From the NCBI RefSeq assembly GCF_964204645.1, contig NC_134035.1, forward strand, positions 13,700,686-13,764,685: a stretch of DNA of 64,000 nt, given 5' to 3'. Shown one piece after another: positions 51,279 through 64,000 of this stretch. How positions within the stretch are numbered: position 1 is the first letter of the stretch; every line of letters begins with the position of its first letter. Below the pieces are notes generated by a model. The model did not search any database. It had not been told where the DNA came from and saw only the letters and a list, made by a program, of their open reading frames with translations. The DNA comes from Tubulanus polymorphus. Lineage: Eukaryota; Animalia; Nemertea. Made by a program: the position numbers and the translations under genes.

Positions 51279-53223
51279 ATGCGCAGACCTCACAGTGGTA
51301 AGATGGGTAAGACAGTGAGTCGAAACTTACCGATTAAATCATATACCGTATATCAATTAAATTCAATCCACAATTGAATTGAATTCAATTTGACATATGT
51401 CAAAATACGCCAAATACACAGGGTCTTGTCACATTAGAAACTAGAATCCATCATCGAAAATAGTACCAGCACGGTAAAGGTATCACTTCTTTTGAAAATG
51501 TGTGGTACCTAGAATTGTGTGATAAAAGATCTTGTTAATTTGATATTTATTGGACCCCCGGCTGTCTATTTCCCGTCTATTTTTACACAAAAGCATGTGT
51601 CAGTAAGTGTGGTCAAATGTGGGTTCTGGTATTTTTGTGGTGATTGTTAAAGTAGTTAGATTTTAGGATTTGTTAGAGATATAGATAGATAATAGATATC
51701 AGCACACTAAATTTCAAACCCAACCAATTTATTACCGGTACATTTTAGACTCCCATCAAACTAGAAATATACCAATCTTTTTCTGAACTAGATCAGTGTT
51801 TAATTTATCTAGTCAGTTGATTGGATCTAATTTCTACGTTTTTATTCATTTCTAGGAATCTAACTCAAAATCCAACTCTACAAAACAACACCATCAAAAA
51901 TACCAGCCACAACAACAACAGCAACAACAATCACAACAGAGATAAAACCTTTAAAATATCACAGTTGAAATGAGGTCGAATAAACGCTATTATTCAGGTG
52001 ACGTTAACAATGGATACGGAAGTCAGAATCAACTTATTGAAGATGAAAATCAGCAGATGGAAGAATCTTTATCGCATAAAGTCAGAGCGTTGAAATCGGT
52101 AAGATTCTAAATATCAAATACCCATGGGGGAGGGGGTGGATCCAGAGGCCAGTTTCGATAAACTTGTCACATCCCAGAAGGGCATTTATGTCCAGCACTG
52201 AGGGGCTAAAATTGTGAGGTGTCAAGTCCAAAAACTTAAGAGCACTTTGATTTCCACAAGGGTATTATTAGGGGCACTGCTGGACTGAAATGCATCATAT
52301 ATTTGACAAAATTGAAGAGGGCGCTGAAAAGAAGTTTGATGAACTTGCACAAGTCCCCCTGGATGTGCTCCTGCGGTTATGGTTTAGAATATCTTAAGTT
52401 CTATAGTCAATCTAAAACAACTTCCGACCCAAGTATTAAAATGTACTTGGGGATTTGTGCAGGTGTGTGGCTTAATCCTACTGAACAGAGATTCTTAACT
52501 AAAGAATTGAATCTATTTTCATTGGTTTAATTTTGTTTTATTCACAGTTAACAATAGATATTGGACATGAAGTTCGTACTCAGAATAAAATGTTAGGTGA
52601 AATGGTAAGTAATTGAAAATTTCATCCTTATCTGTTTCCATAGAACTCAAATCATCTTTGATTTGAGTTCTATGCTGTTTCTAAGGTTCTCACAAAGCAG
52701 GTAATTCTGACTTGTTTCTTGATTGAACCCTGAATGCTGGTGACAAGTGGCACGAAGAACCTCTTCTATTTTAATCAGGAAATTTGTGGTGAAGGGTTAT
52801 GAAAATATCAGTGAATTTTGGATTCACTGATCTATAAGAACCTTGAATTCCCTGATCGTGTGTTAGAACCGACCCTGAGGGGCCGGTTGCATAGTCATGG
52901 CTTAGGCTTAAGACCAGTCTAAGACCAACTTAGTTCTATAGCCAATCTAAGAACTTAAGACTGGTCTTAAGATTTAAGACCACTTTTTGACTTAAGTCAC
53001 GACTGTGCAACTGGCTCCTGAATCTGAGCGTGAATAATGTTGATGATTTTGTTGTATATTATTGTAGGATCAGGATTTTGAGAGTACTGGTGGCTTCCTA
53101 CAGAAAACGATGGGCCGATTGACGGGTATCTCACGCTCCGGTGGAGGTAGAATCATCTGGTACATGTTATTGTTTGCGTTATTCGTGTTTTTTGTCTGTT
53201 GGATTATCTTGAAATTCCGGTGA
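51279..53223 (+). CDS. BET1: BET1 Golgi Qc-SNARE, ~110 aa, 4 exons
   Basis: Exons 51279-51297 (MRRPHS), 51998-52098, 52548-52604, 53068-53223. Translation ...IEDENQQMEESLSHKVRALKSLTIDIGHEVRTQNKMLGEMDQDFESTGGFLQKTMGRLTGISRSGGGRIIWYMLLFALFVFFVCWIILKFR: BET1 SNARE motif plus C-terminal transmembrane anchor. Confidence 0.93.
52879..53018. mobile_element. PIF/Harbinger-like MITE in BET1 intron 3
   Basis: Imperfect TIRs GGGGCCGGTTGCATAGTC / GACTGTGCAACTGGCTCC, flanked by TGA on both sides; internal TTAAGACC repeats. Confidence 0.7.
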
Positions 53224-53334
53224 ATTATAAGATGGATTAGGCAAGACATTTTATTAGATGGATTATACACCAGCATGTACAGTTTATAACTTGGCAGGTT
53301 TCGATTGCAAGTATTCTAGGACTGAAGTGATTCT

Positions 53335-53580
53335 GGATTACAAACTCTCTACCGGCCGCTTCTATCAGGATTACAGATTACAAACTCTCTACCGGCCGCT
53401 TCTATCGGGTTTACAGATTTCAAACTCTCTACCGGGCGCTTGTATTAGGTTTACAGATTACAAACTCACTATCGGCCGCTTCTATCAGGTTTACAGATTA
53501 CAAACTCTCTTCCGGCCGCTTCTATCAGGTTTACAGATAACAAACTATCTACCGGCCGCTTCTATCAGGATTACAGATTT
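53335..53580. repeat. 40-bp tandem repeat, 6 copies (downstream of the BET1 stop)
   Basis: CAAACTCTCTACCGGCCGCTTCTATCAGGTTTACAGATTA at 40-bp spacing. Confidence 0.9.
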
Positions 53581-53996
53581 ATGCTAGATTGTCCAGAATC
53601 AGTTCACGTCAGAGAAGAATTCGGGAATCAGCAGCGACCACTCGAAACTTGCCTATAATTCTATCTGGTTTTTGGTGATGAACTATTAGTTATTATTATT
53701 ATTCTAAAACGCATGAGGACAATATGAAACATTCAGTGATCCGCAAACAAAAACAAATATCTGTAAAATATATATTTATTCAATGATAAGATTGTAAATA
53801 AATTATTCCTTTAAAAACGGAATTGTTTTAATGTTGTTTCGAGGACCACCGCGGACAGTCAGAACCGCATCTTGGGCACATGGTTGGCGTCACCTGTGTC
53901 CTTGAGACCAAACATTATCGCAGCCCCCCTCACCTCCTCACCCCCTCGACGAAGCCACCCTCGAGTAAGATGTACCAGTAGCTGGATTAGTATACT

Positions 53997-55073
53997 TTAC
54001 TTCCGGTTGCCAACAGAACCACAGGACAAACACCAAACGAGCGTTTCGGCAAACCCTGAACGAATGCATAAGTAGACAAACAGATTCATCATGGCATTTA
54101 TTGATTGGACAAGTTGTCCCTCGTGGTAAGGTCGGCTTATTTTCGGGCCGCCATTTAATTTACTCAAAGCCGGTATTATCGTATTGATTGCCATGAACGT
54201 GTACTGCGCACAATAAAACACATTTAAAGTCATTATGGTCAGCGTTATTTGAGTTCCCAGTTTACCGGAAGTATCTGTTGCCTTAAGTTTGACCGAGCTG
54301 TTTTTTGTTTTGAATCTGCGACGATTTCGCCGCGCTGCGCCCATTAGCGCGAACATGTGTACGTTGAATATGAAGATAGCGATCCCTGGAATGAATCTTG
54401 AGATCACTTGTCCAAAGATGAAATCGTAATAGAAGGCGTATTTGTAGTTAGCTAAGAGAAGTCGCCTTGGCTTCGCGAACGAGCACGGGCCGCTGCCGAA
54501 GGCGTGGGCTTTGTCCCAGACTTTTGGTAAATGAAAGATAAAAGTGGCTATCCAGACGATCGAAGAGATGCGTTTAGAATTAGAAATTGTGCACAGGTTC
54601 ATCGCCGATAACGGATATCGAATAGCGATATATCGATCTACGTTCAGGGCGTAAAGAATCCACGAACTCGTGGCTGAAGTCATCTGACAAACCGCGTCGA
54701 CGAGAGGATATAGGTGAACCCGATACTGTTTATACCAACGAACGTATCGTAAGAATTTCAACAGGGTATTACTAGTAAGCGCTTTTAAATCTCTTCCGAT
54801 AAAAGTTGTCAAGCAGTTAACCGCATCGGCTATGGCTAACATCCGTAGATAGAATACACTGCTTCCCTGGCGTGTCATAACAGTGAGTACCGAGTAGGCG
54901 ACGGTGTTAGCGACAACACCGATTAGATATAACACGACTCTCGTGATGAGCATGATGTCCCCACTTCTGTAGATACCGGTCAGACGATAGCAAATAACAT
55001 CGCGATCCGGAGTAGCGCTGGTTCGGTTACCAGGCGTCAACTCGGCTTCCATCTCGGGCGCGGGCGCATCCAT
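53997..55073 (-). CDS. Intronless class A (rhodopsin-like) GPCR, FMRFamide/peptide-receptor-like, ~358 aa
   Basis: Seven hydrophobic segments; TM2 FYLRMLAIAD, TM3 LNVDRYIAIRYPL, TM5 RFIP...IFN, TM7 INAMMNLFVYL; N-glycosylation sequon NRT in the N-terminus. First ATG at 55073. Confidence 0.85.
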   Translation of the reverse strand: MDAPAPEMEAELTPGNRTSATPDRDVICYRLTGIYRSGDIMLITRVVLYLIGVVANTVAYSVLTVMTRQGSSVFYLRMLAIADAVNCLTTFIGRDLKALTSNTLLKFLRYVRWYKQYRVHLYPLVDAVCQMTSATSSWILYALNVDRYIAIRYPLSAMNLCTISNSKRISSIVWIATFIFHLPKVWDKAHAFGSGPCSFAKPRRLLLANYKYAFYYDFIFGQVISRFIPGIAIFIFNVHMFALMGAARRNRRRFKTKNSSVKLKATDTSGKLGTQITLTIMTLNVFYCAQYTFMAINTIIPALSKLNGGPKISRPYHEGQLVQSINAMMNLFVYLCIRSGFAETLVWCLSCGSVGNRK

Positions 55074-56617
55074 CTCCCGGGCCCCATCTGTACTCAACAC
55101 AAATGTTTCATGATTATGGTCTCAATTTTCGTGAATCCTATTCGTGAATAGTTTTGGTGGTGAATTAGGATCGCGGCACAGTTTGTATACGTTTATTCAA
55201 CTAAGAGTATATTTATTTGCACAGAATCAGATAATGCGTTGTTCCTGTTTGCGAGCAGGCATTAAATGCTGCATTAAATCGTTAAATTTTTTATGGTATT
55301 TTCTTCGTTTTAAAGACGTAATTTTGTATTTTCATATATGTACAAATGCAAGAGAATAAACGTAGAACTAAAGCTTATTGGATAATGGCATTTTGCATCA
55401 GTAAGTGAAAAATGCCATCGTCTTTTTTTGTACTGGATACTGACCAAATACATAATTTTGCTTCTATAAATCTGACATTGACTAAAACTGTGGGATTTTC
55501 TTCTCTTTGTGGAACAATTTTATGAATCAGAACATTAATATTGATGGAATTGGCGAGTGAAACAATATACAAACTCAGGATTGTCTCGGAACGGGATGAT
55601 TATAGAACAGCAAATCAGTCTAAACAGGTGGCGGCTAAACTTGCTTCGCCAGGGGCACATCATCACTGCGGAACAAAGTGAACTCCTAAGATAGAATTTC
55701 CCAATGATTAATTAATTTGAAATACAATTAAGTAACAATAAAGTATACTTGAATTAGGTCCAGCTATGAAAGCCGACCCTGGCAAGCGAGCATTTTGTTA
55801 GTTCGCGTTTTCCCCGCTATCGTCATGTATAGGGGCAGCACTAGACGGTACATATTTGACACCGCTGGCAGCGGGCGAATAAACGAGAAACATTGTTTTA
55901 ATCGCCAAATCCATCAAGCTAAAAGTTTGAATGAGAGGAAAAGTCGACAGCTATTCAGAAAACCTTATCAAGATGGCAGCAATTTGAGGTCAATTCTTCC
56001 GTGATGCTGGAAAATGCCGGATGGCCCGGTTCCAAATATCGTATACAACCGTCTTGCCCTAGGGCCTCACGTTGTAACAGCCCTATGAATCAGGCACTGT
56101 ATGCCGTTCATGGACACTTAATTAGTTGATGGAGAAATTATCAGAGAATAACAACGATCATTGTCACATTATATCTTCACACTAATATGTTCACTTCTAA
56201 CCTTTATAGCTTTTTTCGGTGTAAAATATAAGTCCAGTTTTTCCATTAGGACGATCCTGGAGGCGGGAGACTAGAGCCTTCCTGGTTGGGGAGATTCCCC
56301 TCCCCGAGAGTCCGGGCCAACCTCAGACAAGTCAAAATTCATCGAATAAATAATCAATGCAAACAAGCGGTTTTTGCTATAGCGTTGACTTATTTATTGA
56401 TTTTTAAAACGTGTATCCATAGTTTACGAGGGCGACATTTAAAACTGACCTCAAAATCCAGAACGAATTATTACTATTAATATTTAATATCATTTTAAAA
56501 TGTGTTATTGAAGAATATATCAGCAGTAACTATAGCAACTAGAAATCAACTACAACACGAAATAGAGAGATAGTAGAGATAGATAGAGACTGCGGTAATA
56601 TCTGTACAAACTCATAG

Positions 56618-56822
56618 TCCACTGCGATAGGAGAGTCGCCTATACCCACTGCGAAATGAGAGTGACCCATGCCCACTGCGAAATGAGAGTGACCCATGCC
56701 CACTGCGACAGGAGAGTGACCGATGCCCACTGCGACAGGAGAGTGACCGATGCCCACTGCGACAGGAGAGTGACCGATGCCCACTGCGACAGGAGAGTGA
56801 CCGATGCCCACTGCGACAGGCG
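56618..56822. repeat. 27-bp minisatellite, ~7 copies
   Basis: Unit CCCACTGCGACAGGAGAGTGACCGATG. Confidence 0.9.
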
Positions 56823-57821
56823 AGTATATACAGACATTACCCCAGTTTCTACTGCAGCATATCTATTCAAACAACAGCCTGACAAAAATCCTCGTTAAAA
56901 ATGTTTACAAAATAATTCAAAATTTACATTTATTTTTAGTCGGCGTCAAATAAATAAATATGATTATTCTGATAATTATTACACCCGTAACTAAATAGAA
57001 TCATCACCCCTTGGATATAGATCGAATACAGTGAATCTCGCTGCTTAGGTCGTCGTGCGTAGAACATTATACTGATTTGCACTTAATAAATTGAATTGCA
57101 AGTACACAAATTGAGACAAGTAACTTGAGATAAGTCACGACTTCAGTGATGTATTGACTTATCCAAATGACGACTTAAGAAACGAGTTTGATTGTACTGA
57201 ATTATTTTTTTTCACACAACAAACCGTACGTACAGTCGCTATATTCGCGCAACTGCAGGCAACACGACACAACTCTGAGCCACGCAGCGAAATTTTTCAT
57301 GCATAGGTTTTTTAAATCATATAATAATTATCGATATTCTAAGATGGCTGCAAGCGCGACTTATGCGCGCGTTTGAGACATTTTTCAATTCGGAAATTAG
57401 CGCAAAATTTAGATTTCCGATTTCAAAAACGCCCCCTACACACGTGACTAGGGGTCTATTAAATAGATAATTCGTCCGGATTGAGTAGCGCCCTCTTTTA
57501 ACGGTCGATGACGTCAGCAGGTTGGATACAGTTTTTATCGTGCGCTATAAACCTAGTTTTAGTGGATATTACAACAATACAATAATTCATTGATCAAAAT
57601 TCTCGAAACGACAAATAGGTGTCGCTACTGCCTACTGTGTAGGTTGTGTTTAGACCCTCGAAATAAGCTTGAAGAAGCTAGCTTCACCGGAAGTCATCGA
57701 ACAATCACGTGATACCAGCTGTATATGAATTCGTGGAGAAAGCTTCGAGCTTTCTGATCAACGAAACATTTTGATTTTAAAATTTTAACGAAAAGTTTTT
57801 TTTTTGAAAAAAAATTGTATC

Positions 57822-60800
57822 TTAATCTTCTTCGACTTCCTCGGCAGGGGGCGCTCCACCTTCACCCTCTTCCTCGCCTTCTTCTCCCGATGATTTCAGG
57901 GTTCCTCGCCAATCCGGTTTTTTCGGCGCCTAAAATTTACGACAAATAAAAGGAATGAGTAAAAAATGAGAATAACCGGCGAAAATAACTTACTAGCAAA
58001 AATTAGATATCTCTGCCAAAGGAAATATGATATTTACAAATTTTCTACTGTCATTAGTTATTGTATTATGGAAAATTGTATAAAATTCAACAACAATTTT
58101 ATTTTGATTCAACTTGAATTGATTATAACTTTTCTGATTTTTACAGTATAACTTATTCAGTTATTAATAGAACTAAGTGATGTTAGCTGCTTGTGAGTGA
58201 GTGATTAATCAGCGAAATATGATGTGTTCTGAGATTGATTGTGATTTGTTTCCTTATTGTTTAAATCTAAAATAGAAAATATATTCCAAAAAAATTAAGA
58301 TTTAGAAATAAAAAAGTATAGATATGATATTGAATAAATGCTGTATTCTTTAAACATTGTAATTGAATTTTTTTCCTTTTTCGTTATTTCAATGTTTTGA
58401 AGGTGAGAATTAAAAGCGTTTAAATAAAATAAAGAAAAGGTTTATTCATGAACTACAAGCATGCCAGGGTAACTTTCAGTCCATGCTATAGATCAATATG
58501 TGACCATGCCTCCGAGAAAGATATTCTTGTGACTTATCATTTGTAGAATTTGTGTTACAGATTTTTAGAAATTATATTCAAGAAGAAGCTGAGATAAAAA
58601 GAATAAAGATTATTTTCATCAGTAACATTACAATTCAAGAGATTGGGATAACCCCAGAAATGCCGAGTATTTTTTTCTTCTACTAGTCACGTTCAGATCT
58701 AAATCAATCTAGGGCCCAGAAAAGCACGGGGCATGAGCCCGTTTCTCAGAAGAGCTTGGATCTGGGCTCTGTTGCTCAGACGAGCTCGGGCCCTATTGCT
58801 GAAAGTTGATTAAACTTAACCAGAGGAGGATATCACTGCTATAGTGACAATAAAACTGGCTAAAGTAAAAACTGGTGTCAAGTCAACCAGGATCCAGTGT
58901 TTCGATCTTTTGATTTAACTGCTATCATTGGTTACTTCAGGTAACGAGGACAACAATTCGTAACCGTATTAAGCTTAAACTTGAGCCCAATGGAAAACTT
59001 ACACTGACAATTGAAACTTGGTAAAGTTTCCCCGTGGATAACACTGACATAGCGAATTGTTAGATAAACTACATTGTTAACATGGTATCTATCAAATGGT
59101 TCACTTGAACTGACTCGTGACGAGCCACCGAACCATGTATGGTGTGCAGCGGTAGTGTACTGTGAGGAAGGTACAATTATAGAAATTCTACTGAAAAGGT
59201 TTAAACTACGAAGGAAAACTAAAAGCTTTTAAAATAGAGAAGAATTTTTTCTGCTGTTGCTGAAAATACTAAACGCCTGGTTTTTGACTGAACTACAGAT
59301 AGGAGCGAGAGAGAGATAGAGAGATAAAGAGGAGATGTTAAAGAAGAGGACGACAGATGGAATTCGACTCGGAATAAGCAAGAATTTTAGAGGGTGCGAA
59401 AAAAATAAGGTACCACGAAAAATAAAAACATGCAACAAATCTAATAAAAATCGCACGTTTTTTAAGAAAAAAAAATAGATTTTGCGAAAAAAAAGAAAAT
59501 AAAACTGACGAATCGAAATTGTATTTATTCTTTTTTCATTGAAATTCGTTGAAATCTTATATATTTTAGTTTTGAATAAATTGTTAATTGTTTATATTTT
59601 AGTGATGTTTTAGATGCAGAAATGGAAAGAGACAGAGACATCTTTATTATTATTATCATTATTATTACAGTGAGAACCCTGAGTAAGATTTAACAATACG
59701 AATACATTACAATTATACGAGGCAGAACAATCGAATCTGGAACTCGGGAAAAGATAGAACACGACCGGAATCAGAGACAGCGGCCTCTATCTTTGAATAC
59801 ACGTGCCAGTCGCTCAAAGGTTGGTTAAAGTTGATTTGATAAATATCGTAATTTCATTATACGTTCATCCACAAGTAAACTCTATCCAACTATTGATGAG
59901 CTAACTGGCCCCTATATTTCGAGTGTTCTTCTACCCATCCAGATAAGAATGAACTGCCCCGCTGTCCCCCACTCTGAATGTGGCATGGACCATACCATAC
60001 ACAGGTGGTAGGGGTGGTTTGAGGTAAGAAAAGATAAAAAAGGGATACTTGCATGCTGGCCTACCTCCTCCTTTTCGTCTAATTGATATTTACTCTGACC
60101 TGTCGATTTTAAGGATTGTCGGAAATTTCCAAAATCGTCTTCCTTCTTTTTATCGAATTTGGCGAGTCTGAGACACAGGAAATACAAGCGTTAAATCATA
60201 AAACAATATTCAATTAGAATCGAATAGACAATAACAGATTCCTTGGACCAGGGTCCACAGTTCTCGGTCCTCGGACCAGTTTGACGTAAATATAAAACCG
60301 AACTAGTCTATAAAACAGCCATAACCTCAGGACGCAGTTCCACAGTGTTAAGATTTGAGTTGAAAATGAACTAATTTCAACTCAGAGTAAACTCTAACTC
60401 ACAACTGTGAAACTGGAACCAGATTGTCAACATCAATCTAAGCTTATATTGATTCTACACACAAATACGTATGTATAACCAATCTAATCTAACCAATCAT
60501 TTTGGTTGTATAACCAATCTTACAATTTAAGACCAGTCTAAGTCTTGGCCAATCAAGACCAATCCTAATGGTTTAAGACATTTGGACTGAATTCACGATT
60601 GTGCAACTAGGCCCAGGGGCGATCTTAACCGCACCGGGATTCCCGGGGTGGTACAGGTATCTAGACTTGTACTTCACGATAGTTCTAACCTGCGGGTTCT
60701 CGAGTAAACCACTTACTTGCTTTCTGTCTTTGATACTTTTTTCAAAACAGGTTTGATACTGAAAATAGATAGACGTGAAAATCCGTTTATTTCTAAACTA

Positions 60801-63200
60801 TCGATTTTGAATTTAATTTTGAAATATATATATAGCATATTTTCTACTTACAATTTGCCTTTTACATCGTTCACTTTTCCGTTCAATTCGTTAATCTATA
60901 AAATAAAACGAAGAAATATCTCATTTTGAAATAGCAAATGAGATTCACCACTAATTCGATATCTCAAAATGATTATCGATCGATATACCTCGATATCTTG
61001 ACGTCTGATTCTAATTTCCCAGTCGTATTTCTCGTCTTCCAAACTTTTCAATTGTTGATAAAGTTCTTTCACCTTTCTCTCGAGACTTCCTGTAAATATA
61101 TACGTTTCATAGATATTATAATTTCTGTGGACGTCCAGTTGAACGGCCATTATGACGCGTTGTGGCAACGTGTCAAGTGACAATACGTTGACTGACTATC
61201 CCTATTTGAATTCCACCCCTACTTGTAGTGATATGGTGAGGTATAGTTCATACCTTGGTCGAGACCCTCCAGATTTAACGGACTGATCGCTTTATCGATG
61301 TAATGTTGACGAGCTTCCGCCTTTTTCTTTGCTTCCATTCTCATTTCTTCTGCAGCTTTTTCCATAATAATTTTCTGCAAATATCAATAATAAATCAATT
61401 AATCTTGCACGATGTAATCATTTTAACTAGTGTAATCAACGTAACTAGTGCAATCAATGTAATCAATTTAACTAGTGTAATCAATCTAACTAATCTTACT
61501 AGTGTAATCAATGTAGCTAGTGCAATCACTGTAATCACTGTAACTAGTGTAATCGATGTAACTAACGTAACTAGTGTAATCAATACACCTAATGTAACTA
61601 ATGTAATCAATTTAACTAATTTTATTTTATTCTTGATACTAATTTTTTTTTATAAAAAGTTGAAATAAAACCATATGTTGCTAATATTGTTGTGTTTACC
61701 TTTAAAAGTTTCTTCTTCTCGGCCGAAAGACCACCCATACCCTTTTTCTTGCCTTTCTTGTCATCTCCGCGACGTCTTCGCTGTTGCTGAAAAATCCGAA
61801 TATTTGATCTCCTTAATGAAACGTGTGCATCACCTGATAGAGCACTACCACCGTCTGGGATGGGATATATAATACCCCATAACCCATAAACACCCCATAG
61901 TCTCCATACCCAATAACCCATAGTTATACCCCAAACCACAAGTCACCATACCCAAAACCTCAAAGTTATCCCAAACCTCAAAGTTATACCACAACCCCCA
62001 CCCATAGTCAACCATACATTCCATATAAATCCAAAGAAGATCCACAATGTCTCATTGTTGCAGCGTTGACGTCACAGTTTGCTGGTTACCGTGGTAACGA
62101 ACTTACGGATTGTTGTTGTTGTTGTTGTTGTTGTTCTTCCTGTTTTTGTTTTTCTTCTTCCTGAAACATTATCGTGTTTCAATTATTGATTGATTGTATC
62201 AGAAAGAGTGGAGGGGAGAGGGAGGTGGAGGGGGAGGGGCGCGGGAACTACTGTCCCGATATTAGGCCCATTTATTGAGTAGATTTTCTACAAACATATC
62301 GTATAAATAAGTAACGCAGATACCTGTTACTAATACCGTATTCTAGTGTTTCGTGTTCTGATTGGCTGATCGGCAAACTGTTACACATCCGGTTCCGGTA
62401 TACATGCAAATCTACAAACACGTGCAAACTATATAGCTCACCTTACTGGGGGATAGGGGGTTCCCTGGGCAGGATAGCGGTGGTTGGAGATCTACCCTGA
62501 GCAACGGGTATTGTGACTACCACTGGAACCACTTGAGCCTTACATGTGTCGCTCAATGCAAGCAATTAGTATGTAATCAATATCTAACTAGCTACAACGA
62601 CTTATATCAATCACATATGATAAAAATAGTAAAAAACAGCTAAATTAGGAAGTTAGTAAGATACATCGTTAAAATACCTTTTCTTCAGTTGTATCGTTTG
62701 AAGAGCACACACTGTCCTTGCTCGTCCTCCACAGTTACATCGTCAATGCCATCTTACCCTCCCTCACTCTAAACTAACCTGTCTTTTACGTTCAGCCTCA
62801 GCTGCCGCAGCTTCCTCCTCTTGCTGTCTACGTCTTTCTTCTTCTTCTGCCTCTTCTTCTCGTCTTCTTCTATCGGCGGCTTCTCTTTCTCTACGAGCCT
62901 CCTCTTCTCTTTCCCTCTCTCTTTCCTCTTCTTCCTATACACACCGCACACAATAGAGCCCGATCAATATCTCATCTTCACTTCCCGTCATCGTGGCCGC
63001 CGTCAAGCGAAAAGTCAAACAGAGTTGACGGCCATTCGACGGCCAATGTGACACGATACACGTGACGTTCAGTAAAGATATACAGAGTTTCTATGATCTG
63101 TTTCAGATTAATTTACCTCGCGCTCTCGTCTGCGCTGGTCTTCAGCCTCGGCTTCAGCCTGTCTCTGACGTTCCGCTTCCGCTTCCGCTGCAGCTGCGCC
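57822..63200 (-). CDS. TnI: Troponin I (invertebrate type with Glu/Arg-rich N-terminal extension); 5' end not found in window
   Basis: Exons 63200-63117, 62934-62779, 62160-62107, 61786-61700, 61374-61254, 61089-60989, 60895-60852, 60758-60717, 60167-60065, 57929-57822, all in phase. Motifs GMGGLSAEKKKLLKKIIMEKAAEE, LEDEKYDWEIRIRRQDIEINEL, inhibitory region DVKGKFIKPVLKKVSK, FRQSLKS, KPDWRGTLK. Confidence 0.9.
60331..60419. mobile_element. Short MITE-like element (AACTGTGGAACTGG family) in troponin I intron
   Basis: Arms CAGTTCCACAGT / ACTGTGAAACTG, with CAG on both flanks. The terminal motif recurs at ~886, 9110, 22860, 23630, 25875, 33505 and 38650. Confidence 0.55.
61410..61620. repeat. 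AT-rich degenerate 9/18-bp repeat (troponin I intron)
   Basis: Variants of AACTAGTGTAATCAATGT. Confidence 0.75.
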
Positions 63201-63334
63201 CTAGCAACAACAGTAACAATACAATGCGACAATGTCCAAAACGGGTTTACGCGATCGATGACAACGCTCAACTACTCCTGTACACGATGAGTCTAAACTC
63301 GGGATTTCAAGGGTTTGAAGATATTTCGGTTTCC

Positions 63335-63575
63335 AGGAGAATGGACAGAGAATGCAGCGAGTGGATAGGAGAGAATGGACAGAGAATGGAGCGAGTGGAT
63401 GGACAGAAAATGGAGCGAGTGGATAAACAGAGAATGGAGCGAGTGGATAGACAGAGAATGGAGTGAGTGGATAAACAGAGAATGGAGTGAGTGGATAGAC
63501 AGAAAATGGAGCGAGTGGATAGACAGAGAATGGAGCGAGTGGATAGACGGAGAATGGACAGAAAACGATGGATAG
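63335..63575. repeat. 24-bp minisatellite, ~9 copies
   Basis: Unit GACAGAGAATGGAGCGAGTGGATA. Confidence 0.9.
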
Positions 63576-64000
63576 ACAAGGACGTGGTGATTATCTATTT
63601 TTACGACAAAAAGGTCTGAAATTGAAACTGAAACAAAGGTAAGGGAACAAAATTCAGCAAGCGACACACAGCGCCCCCAGAAACTAAGAAAAAAACTATA
63701 AGAAAAAAGCATCTTGTGGACACACACAGCGTCCCCTAGTGGGCACAGGATGAAGTAGAGATAGGTGATGGTTACACAATACTTTCAGAAGGTAATTGTA
63801 CAAAATTGGGATAAAACGTGAACATCGTATATCGGAGATGCGGGGGAGGGGTTTATACAGGAGTCTGGATACTATGTGGATTTAGGGATAGAAAGTTGGA
63901 GGCTGAAGATACCAGGGTTCGCGAATGGTATTAGGTATTATTCAGGGACCGGATTTATAGACTGGTATTACCTTTAACCCGAGGGCTAACTCAATTGATA

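Noticed and set aside
62678-62755. Additional troponin I exon ending GAAGAAAAG|GTATTT
   Set aside because: The donor is plausible, but no good in-phase acceptor or start was found.

Overview
Eukaryotic (metazoan, probably spiralian/lophotrochozoan invertebrate; inferred from the troponin I type and the GPCR class) genomic DNA with GT-AG introns, not prokaryotic. The left ~29 kb has no recognisable coding exon. It is rich in micro/minisatellites, short TIR elements, a tRNA-headed SINE-like element and clusters of CTCF-like and other transcription-factor motifs. The right ~35 kb is gene-dense: BBS12-like (minus, ~11 exons, with a ~1,250-aa expanded internal region), head-to-head with BAX (plus, 6 exons); an orphan single-pass membrane ORF; H6PD (minus) head-to-head with BET1 (plus); an intronless class A peptide-receptor-like GPCR (minus); and a 5'-truncated troponin I (minus). 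Exon models were built by hand from splice signals and reading-frame continuity; homology calls rest on motifs recalled from known proteins, not on a database search. Most notable: the giant BBS12 expansion, a MITE nested in another MITE (both with CAG...CTG ends and 6-bp TSDs), several minisatellites that appear to derive from the same MITE terminus, CTCF-like motif arrays, and a candidate alternative last exon of troponin I. No clearly new multi-gene system was identified.
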